DNA from: Phycisphaeraceae bacterium
Lineage (GTDB): Bacteria; Planctomycetota; Phycisphaerae; Phycisphaerales; Zrk34
Direction: 5' to 3'
Assembly (NCBI GenBank): GCA_040905565.1
Contig: JBBDRF010000040.1
Location: 1 to 16,931 of the forward strand
Length of the DNA stretch: 16,931 nucleotides
Below are positions 1 through 6,419 of the stretch, one piece after another (positions within the stretch are counted from its first letter, which is position 1; each line of letters begins with the position of its first letter). The notes under the pieces were generated by a model. The model saw nothing but the letters and a program-made list of their open reading frames with translations. It was not told the DNA's origin and did not search any database. The translations under genes and the position numbers were made by a program.

Positions 1-1
1 T

Positions 2-1042
2 CCTATATTCCCCAGACTGCCCATCTTGACTGCTGTTGTCGCCGGTTTGGTCTTGTTTCGTCCCGTCCCTCCCGGGTTGTTCGCCGTTACCGCTGGTTTC
101 GGCGGCCTCGCCGTCGCGCGGTGAACGTGGTTCATCATCGGCGGCCGGCGGGTGAACGGCGTTCACTTTCGGCGCTGTTTCGGTCGCCGTCGGGGGGGCC
201 AATCGGGGCGCCAACCGGGGGGTGATTTTGGGAGCCGGGAGGGCGATGGCGCTAGCGAGTTCCGAGTAGTCGAACGCGCCGGCGGAGTGGGGGGCGTACT
301 GGAAGATCGTCTGCCCGAAGCTGGGGCACTCGGCGAGCTTGATGTTCCGCCGAATCGGAGGCTGATAGACGACGGCCTCGGACCAGGGCATCGCGAGCTT
401 GCGGCTGCCGACGAAGAACTGCTCCAGATCGGCGACCACTTCCGTCGCCAGGTTCGTCTGGCCCTCGTGCATGGCGAGGACCACGCCGCTGACGCGAAGG
501 GTCGTATTGACGCTTTGGCGGACCAGCTGCACCGTCTCGAGAAGCTTGCTAAGGCCCTGCAATGCAAGGAAATGCGCCTGCATGGGGACGATCACTTCGT
601 CGGCTGCGGCAAGTGCGTTCAGCGTCAGCAGGCCCAGGCTCGGCGGGCAGTCGAAGAGAATGAAATCGTAGCGGTGGGCGATCGGGGCGAGCTTCTGCTT
701 CAGGCGGCGCTGGCGATCGGGCGTGTTGCTGAGGTCCTGCTCGGCTGCGGCGAGATCGACCTCCGCGGGCAGCACATGAAGATGCTCGCCGGCTTCCTGC
801 AGGACGGCCTCGGCGGTGAGATCATCGTCAATCAGCAGATCGTAAACGCTGTGATCGAGGTCGCTTGGGTCGATGCCGAGGTGGAGTGTGAGGTGGGCCT
901 GGGGATCGAGATCGACCACGAGGACGCGGCGACCGCGCTCGGCGATGGCGGCGGCGAGGTTGACCGTCGTGGTCGTCTTGCCGACGCCGCCCTTCTGGTT
1001 CATCAAGGCGATAATGCGCACGTCGTTGCCGCGGTCGGTCAC
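2..1042 (-). CDS. parA: ParA/Soj-family ATPase with long low-complexity C-terminal tail (3' end beyond window)
   Basis: Translated by hand from GTG at 1042 (GGAG RBS upstream): MTDRGNDVRIIALMNQKGGVGKTTTTVNLAAAIAERGRRVLVVDLDPQAHLT...YDFILFDCPPSLGLLTLNALAAADEVIVPMQAHFLALQG...IRRNIKLAECPSFGQTIFQYAP. Deviant Walker A (KGGVGKT), DLDPQ and DCPP motifs. No stop before position 1, which explains its absence from the ORF track. Confidence 0.93.
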   Translation of the reverse strand, partial: MTDRGNDVRIIALMNQKGGVGKTTTTVNLAAAIAERGRRVLVVDLDPQAHLTLHLGIDPSDLDHSVYDLLIDDDLTAEAVLQEAGEHLHVLPAEVDLAAAEQDLSNTPDRQRRLKQKLAPIAHRYDFILFDCPPSLGLLTLNALAAADEVIVPMQAHFLALQGLSKLLETVQLVRQSVNTTLRVSGVVLAMHEGQTNLATEVVADLEQFFVGSRKLAMPWSEAVVYQPPIRRNIKLAECPSFGQTIFQYAPHSAGAFDYSELASAIALPAPKITPRLAPRLAPPTATETAPKVNAVHPPAADDEPRSPRDGEAAETSGNGEQPGRDGTKQDQTGDNSSQDGQSGEYR

Positions 1043-1078
1043 AGCCGCTCTCCGTTGGTCAGGCAATCAAGCGGCGCG

Positions 1079-1087
1079 AGTATAGCA
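1079..1087 (-). promoter_or_regulatory. Candidate extended -10 promoter for parA (TGcTATACT)
   Basis: Reverse complement of agtatagca is TGCTATACT, about 36 nt upstream of the parA GTG. Confidence 0.5.
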
Positions 1088-1130
1088 GAGAGGGGCGGGA
1101 TGGGCGTAGTGGTGTACATCGGGTGTACCG

Positions 1131-1157
1131 GCGAGGCGTAGCCTCGCGGCTATTGAA
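1131..1157. repeat. REP-like palindrome, family A, copy 1
   Basis: Hairpin GCGAGGC-GTA-GCCTCGC followed by GGCTATTGAA. 1136-1157 matches the reverse complement of 16909-16930 at 20/22. Confidence 0.7.
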
Positions 1158-1257
1158 GGTGGGGTGGTTGGGCGAGTGTAGGGGGGGTCGCTTGAGTGGT
1201 CTGGTGGCTGACTCTAAACTGTAGGCTTTCCGTCCTGCCCAGTATAGAAAGCCGCCC

Positions 1258-2178
1258 ATGATCCCCAATGAACCGCCTCGCAATCCGTCCTACGGCTTCC
1301 TTTACTTTCCGCCTTTCCGTGTGCAGGGCTACTCGATCGCAGGCGAAGAAACCTTTGTTCAAGTTCCCGAGTTAGATATCTGTTTTGACATCGGCCGGGC
1401 GCCGAGGCTTTCGCTGAACAGTCCGTACGTGGCGCTGAGTCACGGGCACATGGACCACATCGCGGGGCTGGTGTACTACTTTTCACAGCGGAATTTCCAG
1501 GGCATGGGCACGGGAACGGTGCTGTGCCATCCGTCGCTGGTGAAGCCGATCCATAAGCTGATGGACGCGTGGATTGACATTGAAGCTCAGCGGACGCCTT
1601 ACAACGTGCTGCCGATGGAGGTGGGGACCGAGAGCGCGGAGTTTGAGCTGAAGAACAACATCTTTCTGCGTGCATTTGCGACCGATCATACGGTGCCGTC
1701 GCTGGGTTACGTGGTGATCGAGAAGCGTTCGAAGCTGCGTGAGGAGCTGGTGGGCTTGCCTCAGGAGAAGCTGGTGGAGATGAAGCAGGCTGGTCAGGAG
1801 ATCACGTACACGCGTGAAATTCCGCTGGTCGCTTACACCGGCGACACCGCGCCGGGCCGTTTCTTTGAGCATCCGGAAGTGCAGAACGCCCGCATTCTGG
1901 TGACCGAATGCACGTTCCTTGATGACAACCATCGCGACCGTGCCCGCATCGGCAAGCATCTGCACATCAGCGATCTGGTGAACATGATGCCGAACCTGAA
2001 GGCGGAGCACATTGTGCTGACGCATCTTTCGAGGCGGACGCATCTGGGGCAGGCGAGGCAGGTGCTGGATCGGACGCTGTCACGGGACGATCGTGATCGG
2101 GTGCATGTGCTGATGGACAGCCGGGCGAACCGGGCGCGCTATGCCGACCAGATGGACGAGGCGGCGGCGGCGGAGTGA
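1258..2178 (+). CDS. Metallo-beta-lactamase fold ribonuclease Z-like enzyme (TM-type tRNase Z features)
   Basis: HxHxDH motif (SHGHMDH), DIG, TDHTVPSLGY, YTGDT, TECTF, KHLH, LTHLSRR. N-terminal QGYSIAG and a short KL-type arm (KRSKLREELVGLP). Confidence 0.8.
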   Translation: MIPNEPPRNPSYGFLYFPPFRVQGYSIAGEETFVQVPELDICFDIGRAPRLSLNSPYVALSHGHMDHIAGLVYYFSQRNFQGMGTGTVLCHPSLVKPIHKLMDAWIDIEAQRTPYNVLPMEVGTESAEFELKNNIFLRAFATDHTVPSLGYVVIEKRSKLREELVGLPQEKLVEMKQAGQEITYTREIPLVAYTGDTAPGRFFEHPEVQNARILVTECTFLDDNHRDRARIGKHLHISDLVNMMPNLKAEHIVLTHLSRRTHLGQARQVLDRTLSRDDRDRVHVLMDSRANRARYADQMDEAAAAE

Positions 2179-2275
2179 GCGCGGGCTGCCTCGGCGAGCG
2201 GGGAAGCGTGAGCGACCGTCTGTCGTCCCGGCGCTGTGGATCGCTGCGTGACAGCCTGTAGGCAGATGCCGGAAT

Positions 2276-2411
2276 ACGAGCCGCGACCGTAACAGTCTTT
2301 TTCATCTGTTGCGTAAGTCGTTGATTTTCGTCGGTAGCCGAGGCCGAGTCGCGTGGGCGGTCGGCGCGCAAAATCTTGGCGCACAACCGCTCCCTTACGG
2401 TCGCGGCTCGT
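2276..2411. repeat. REPIN/MITE-like element with perfect 17-bp terminal inverted repeats between convergent genes
   Basis: ACGAGCCGCGACCGTAA (2276-2292) is the exact reverse complement of TTACGGTCGCGGCTCGT (2395-2411). Confidence 0.8.
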
Positions 2412-2431
2412 GTTCAGCGCTAAGCGCGGCC

Positions 2432-3421
2432 TTAGTCGCGGATTTTCACGACGATTTTGCCGGTGGTGTGGCCGGCTTCGATATCGCGGTGGGCGTCGGG
2501 GAGGTCTTCCAGCGAGATGGTTTTGGCGATGTGCGGCTTGAGTTTGCCGGCATCGGCGAGTTCGGCGGCGGTGCGGAGGATCTCGGCGTGCTTCTCCCGG
2601 CCGATGCCGTGGATGCCCGGCATGCCCATGAATTCCATGTGCAGCGTGGCGCTCTTGCGGAACAGGGCGGGGACGATGCGTGGGTTCTCGTTGTAAACGA
2701 TGGTGACGAGGCGGCCGTTAAGCCCGACGCAGTCGAGGGACTGGTCGAAGACGGGGTCGCCGACGGTGTCGAAGATGACGGGCAGGCCCATGCCGTCGGT
2801 CGTATCTTTCACCCAGTCGACGAAGCTTTGCTCTTTGTAGTTGATGACGACGTCGGCACCGCACCGCTCAGCGAGCGCGATGGATTCGGGCTGACTTGCG
2901 GTGGTGATGACCTTGCAGCCGTGGAGCTTCGCCAGTTGCACGCCGATGTGCCCGACGCCGCCGCCGCCTGCGTGGACGAGGACGGTTTCGCCGGTGTGGA
3001 TTTTCGCGCGGTCGTGCAGCGCTTCCCAGGCGGTGAGCGTGACCAGTGGCAGGGCAGCGGCTTCGACGTGGCTGAGCTTGGCGGGCTTGGGCGAGACCAT
3101 GCGGGCATCGACGGCGACGTACTCGGCGTGGGCCCCGTGCCTGGCGAGGCTGGGTGAGGCGTAGACGGCGTCGCCGACTTTGAAGGTGTCGGGCTCGACG
3201 GCGTCGCCCATGCCGACGACGATGCCGGAGACGTCGAAGCCTGGGATCAGCGGGAGGGGTTTTTCGCCGTGCATGCCGCGACGGATTTTGGTGTCGACGG
3301 GGTTGATGCCCGAAGCGTGGACTTCGATGAGCAGGTCGTGGGGACCGGGCTCGGGCTTGGGCATGTCCTGTTCTTTAAGTACGTCCGCTTCGCCGAACGC
3401 GGTGATGGTCATCGCTCGCAT
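2432..3421 (-). CDS. MDR-family NADPH:quinone oxidoreductase / zeta-crystallin-like protein
   Basis: MRAMTITAFG start after a GGAG RBS. GINPVDTKIR, IPGFDVSG, AAALPLVTLTAWEAL, HAGGGGVG nucleotide-binding loop, GHTTGKIV C-terminus. Catalytic-zinc Cys ligands absent. Confidence 0.9.
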   Translation of the reverse strand: MRAMTITAFGEADVLKEQDMPKPEPGPHDLLIEVHASGINPVDTKIRRGMHGEKPLPLIPGFDVSGIVVGMGDAVEPDTFKVGDAVYASPSLARHGAHAEYVAVDARMVSPKPAKLSHVEAAALPLVTLTAWEALHDRAKIHTGETVLVHAGGGGVGHIGVQLAKLHGCKVITTASQPESIALAERCGADVVINYKEQSFVDWVKDTTDGMGLPVIFDTVGDPVFDQSLDCVGLNGRLVTIVYNENPRIVPALFRKSATLHMEFMGMPGIHGIGREKHAEILRTAAELADAGKLKPHIAKTISLEDLPDAHRDIEAGHTTGKIVVKIRD

Positions 3422-3514
3422 GGTGACTCCTGCTTGTTCTATCAATCGAGAAACTCGGACTTATGTTTCAATTGTAGAACAGGCGGAGCGCGTTCGCACG
3501 GTGAGCGGTCAGTC

Positions 3515-3569
3515 GTAGGGCACGGCCCACCAGATCTTGCGCCGTGCTGGTGGGCCGTGCCCACCCTAC
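3515..3569. repeat. GTAG-class REP doublet (REPIN-like), probably also acting as a hairpin after the regulator gene
   Basis: Left arm GTAGGG----CACGGCCCACCAG (3515-3533). Right arm (3547-3569) reverse-complements to GTAGGGTGGGCACGGCCCACCAG. Confidence 0.8.
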
Positions 3570-3570
3570 A

Positions 3571-4155
3571 TTAGTGCACGATCGAAGCGGCGTCTTCGAT
3601 GGCCTGGATGGCCTGGCGTGCGTCGAAGGGTTTTTTGAGGAAGCCGTCGATGCCGCGTGTGAGCAGCTGGTGGGCTTGGCCGTCGGTGAGGCGGCCGCTG
3701 AGGGCGACGATACGGGTCATCTCCAGGTCAGGATTTTCGCGTACGTTCTGTCGCATGTCGTCGGCGTCGATGTCCTCCAGGTGCATCTCCAGGAAGATGA
3801 CGTGGGGCTTGAACTTTTCACAGGCGGCGCCGGCGGCGAAGCCGGTGCTGACGGTGTGGACATCGTAGTTGGCCTGTTCCCGAAGGATATGGCAGAGGGT
3901 GCGGGTGGCTTCGGTGTCGGCGTCGACGACGAGCACGCGGGTCTGGCCGGACTGGAGGGCGTCCATCGGGATGTTGTGCTGCTTCATGAAGCGTTGGAGG
4001 GCAGCGAGGGGGATGCGGCGGTCTTTTGAGCCGGGGATTCGGTAGCCGCGAAGCTGACCGGAATCGAACCACTTGCTCACGGTGCGCGGGGCGACGTTAC
4101 AAATTTTCGCCACTTCGCCTGTGGTCAGAACGTCTTTTTGCCGTGGCGTTGCCAA
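3571..4155 (-). CDS. Excisionase-like HTH (HTH_17) plus receiver-domain regulator
   Basis: N-terminal LTTGEVAKICNVAPRTVSKWFDSGQLRGYRIPGSKDRRIP, then a receiver fold (RVLVVDAD...KPHVIFLE...IVALSG...FLKKPF). TTG start preceded by GGAGG. Confidence 0.9.
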   Translation of the reverse strand: MATPRQKDVLTTGEVAKICNVAPRTVSKWFDSGQLRGYRIPGSKDRRIPLAALQRFMKQHNIPMDALQSGQTRVLVVDADTEATRTLCHILREQANYDVHTVSTGFAAGAACEKFKPHVIFLEMHLEDIDADDMRQNVRENPDLEMTRIVALSGRLTDGQAHQLLTRGIDGFLKKPFDARQAIQAIEDAASIVH

Positions 4156-4296
4156 TGGAATCCTCCGGGTGCCGGTGTTGTTCGTGGTCTCGCCTCCGCG
4201 GGACTCTTTTGCTATCGACCGGTGAGAGGGTCGGGTTAACCGGTGTGGAGGATGTTTTCCGGAAATTTGCGTGAGGGAGTGGCGCGATGGGCGCGC

Positions 4297-4336
4297 AAAA
4301 ACAGACGCGTCGGCTGGGGTCAGTCGGCGCGTCTGT
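4297..4336 (-). terminator. Probable intrinsic terminator downstream of the HU-like gene
   Basis: 16-bp imperfect inverted repeat ACAGACGCGTCGGCTG (4301-4316) / CAGTCGGCGCGTCTGT (4321-4336), followed on the minus strand by a T run (A run at 4297-4301). Confidence 0.65.
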
Positions 4337-4368
4337 CTTATTCTGCGTCGCTTGTGACGGTGGTCTGT

Positions 4369-4713
4369 TTAGACCATGTCTTTGAGCGCCTTCATCGGGC
4401 GGATCTTGACGACGTTGCGGGCCGGTTTGGCCTTGAACGTGGTTTCTTCGCCGGTGAAGGGGTTGATGCCCTTGCGGGCCTTCGTGGCGGGCTTGCGCTG
4501 GACCACGACTTTGCAGAGGCTGGGGACCGTGAACTGCTGCGGGCCTGATTTCTTGAGGTTCTTCGCGATCAGGGCATTGAGTTCGTCAAAGACAGCCTTC
4601 ACATCCTTGCGAGCCACCCCGGTTTTGTCCGAGAGGTGACGGAAGACCTCCGTCTTGGTGGGCGGCTTCTTCTCGGTCGCCGCCGTGGTCTTCTTAGCAG
4701 TCTTCTTCGCCAT
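4369..4713 (-). CDS. HU/IHF-family histone-like DNA-binding protein with Lys/Ala/Thr-rich N-terminal extension
   Basis: MAKKTAKKTTAATEKK-PPTKTEVFRHLSDKTGVARKDVKAVFDEL...KARKGINPFTGE...KPARNVVKIRPMKALKDMV. GGAG RBS before the ATG at 4713. Confidence 0.92.
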   Translation of the reverse strand: MAKKTAKKTTAATEKKPPTKTEVFRHLSDKTGVARKDVKAVFDELNALIAKNLKKSGPQQFTVPSLCKVVVQRKPATKARKGINPFTGEETTFKAKPARNVVKIRPMKALKDMV

Positions 4714-4902
4714 AGATGCATCTCCGGGTGGGAACCGATTCGATCGGCCCCAAAGAGGAATAAGCAGCGCCATCCATAGCGCCGCGGTGATAGGTGTTTA
4801 TACCCGCGGGAAACCCGAAAAAAAAGGGGGTTTGGCGCATAAACGGCAAAAAACACTGAGTTTTCAGGGGTAAACGGGTTCTGGAGGGCCGTTTGGTCCT
4901 TA

Positions 4903-5571
4903 TTACACGCTTTTGGGCGTGCTGCCGAGCTTCGGTTCGGTGCCCTGGCGCAAGCGCACGAGGTTGGTGCGATGGCGTATCACGACGACGAGCATCATCA
5001 GGATCGCCACGAGGAGGAACGGCCAGACCTGCTGAATGGGGCGGCCAAGCGCGACGGCGACGCCGATGAGATAGAGCGGCAACGCTGCGGCGGCGACGAC
5101 GCTGGCGAGGCTGACGTAGCGCTTCCATGCCGCGACGACGGCCCACGTGATGCCCGCAAGGAGGGCGGGGAGCGTCATCACGGGCCAGAGTCCGAGGATG
5201 ACGCCGAAGCCGGTCGCGACGCCCTTGCCGCCTTTGAATTTGAGCCAGACGGGGAAGACGTGACCGAGTACGGCGGCGACGGCGACGGCGAGCCAGGCGA
5301 GCGTTTCGGCGACGGGGACTTCGGCTCGGCCTAGCACGCCCATCCACCAGCCGACGAGGAGCACGGGGAGGGCACCTTTGAGGACGTCGAGGAGGAAGCA
5401 GAGCAGGCCGAACGTTTTGCCGAGGACGCGGCCGCAGTTGGTGGCGCCGACGTTGCCGCTGCCGTGCTGGCGGATGTCGATGCCTTTGAGGCGGCCGAGG
5501 AGCAGGCCGAACGGGATGGAGCCGGCAAGGTATCCCAACAATATCGCGATGAGCCAGGCGGTGGCGTTCAT
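4903..5571 (-). CDS. plsY: Glycerol-3-phosphate 1-O-acyltransferase PlsY
   Basis: GYLAGSIPFG, DIRQHGSGNVGATN, DVLKG, GHVFPVWLKFKGGKGVAT, RYVSLAS and RHRTNLVRLRQGTE motifs, with multiple transmembrane segments. Confidence 0.95.
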   Translation of the reverse strand: MNATAWLIAILLGYLAGSIPFGLLLGRLKGIDIRQHGSGNVGATNCGRVLGKTFGLLCFLLDVLKGALPVLLVGWWMGVLGRAEVPVAETLAWLAVAVAAVLGHVFPVWLKFKGGKGVATGFGVILGLWPVMTLPALLAGITWAVVAAWKRYVSLASVVAAAALPLYLIGVAVALGRPIQQVWPFLLVAILMMLVVVIRHRTNLVRLRQGTEPKLGSTPKSV

Positions 5572-5634
5572 GGCGACAGTGTAACCGCGCGGCTGGGGAT
5601 GTGGGAAAGCGAGCACTTTCGGGCTCTTCTACGA

Positions 5635-5667
5635 AGACAGCCGCGCCCGGTGGGGGTGCGGCTGTCT
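5635..5667. terminator. Stem-loop between skp and plsY (possible terminator or processing hairpin, no U-tract)
   Basis: AGACAGCCGCGCCC (5635-5648) / GGGTGCGGCTGTCT (5654-5667), a 14-bp stem with one non-canonical pair. Confidence 0.5.
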
Positions 5668-5700
5668 CGTGGTCTGTGATGTGTGGGGGGCGGCGGCGGG

Positions 5701-6309
5701 TTAGCGGCCTTCGAACTCGTTGTTCATACGCTGGAGTACGCGGTCGCTGATGTCCAGCTCATCCGTGGCGTAAAGGAGCTTGCGGGACTGGATCATCGCG
5801 GCGATCTGCTGCTGATCCTGGGCACGGCGGAACTCGGGGACTTCGTCCCTGAACATCACCATGTCGTAGCCCTCACGCTCAGCGACCTGCTCGATCGTGT
5901 TGAGCATCTTGCGGTAGATCGAGCTGATGCGGATGGCGCGCTCAGATTCCATCTTACGGCTGCTGACCTGCTGCCAGACTTCGTAGGAAACGAGCTTGGA
6001 TTCGAGCTCTTCACGCACCTGCTGGGCGGCGTCGGAACCGTCGGCGAGGATGCTGTAGTCGTTTTCGAGATCCTGAATCTCGGTGCGGCGATCCTGCTGT
6101 TCCTTCTGCAGCGCTTCGATCTGGGACTGGATGTCCGCTTCGACGGCGCGGCGTTCGGCGAGGTTGTTGAACACCTGCTCGACGCCCACAACGGCGACGC
6201 GCGTCGGTTGCCCCTGCGCGTTCTGCTGGCCTTGGAGGGTGGCGATGCTCACAAGCATCAGCGTGGTGCACACGGCGAGGGTTACGGTCATGCTCTGACG
6301 GCCGGTCAT
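5701..6309 (-). CDS. skp: OmpH/Skp periplasmic outer-membrane-protein chaperone
   Basis: Signal peptide, RVAVVGVEQVF N-terminal strand, long coiled coil, IEQVAEREGYDMV and LDISDRVL C-terminal motifs. Directly downstream of bamA. GGAG RBS before the ATG at 6309. Confidence 0.85.
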   Translation of the reverse strand: MTGRQSMTVTLAVCTTLMLVSIATLQGQQNAQGQPTRVAVVGVEQVFNNLAERRAVEADIQSQIEALQKEQQDRRTEIQDLENDYSILADGSDAAQQVREELESKLVSYEVWQQVSSRKMESERAIRISSIYRKMLNTIEQVAEREGYDMVMFRDEVPEFRRAQDQQQIAAMIQSRKLLYATDELDISDRVLQRMNNEFEGR

Positions 6310-6367
6310 CGAAGATCTCCTGCGAAACGGAAAAATGAGGGAAGTTTGAGGTTGCCTGCAAGTGTGG

Positions 6368-6373
6368 ATTATA
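6368..6373 (-). promoter_or_regulatory. Candidate internal -10 box (TATAAT) for skp
   Basis: Perfect TATAAT on the minus strand in the bamA-skp spacer, in a GC-rich background. Confidence 0.4.
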
Positions 6374-6419
6374 CGACGCAGGTGGCTGAGGGTTCGCGGT
6401 TGTTTGTGCAAGAAGCGAA

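Noticed and set aside
163..567. 134-aa minus-strand ORF suggesting a parA frameshift
   Set aside because: It is an alternative frame. Manual translation shows parA continuous through the G6 run at 289-294 with a normal C-terminal core (QYAPHSAGAFDY).
152..1141. 329-aa plus-strand ORF
   Set aside because: Antisense shadow of the minus-strand parA. No recognisable motifs, and long shadow ORFs are expected at this GC content.
2192..2232. GAGCGGGGAAGCGTGAGCGACCG, reminiscent of another REP type
   Set aside because: No convincing partner arm or second copy in the window, so too degenerate to call.
3571..4155. Excisionase-like HTH as evidence of a prophage or integrative element
   Set aside because: It is fused to a receiver domain, with no integrase, att site or phage gene nearby.
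4795..4875. A8/G5 homopolymers upstream of the HU-like gene as a phase-variation tract
   Set aside because: The runs are short and more simply explained as an AT-rich promoter region. No evidence of length variation is available.
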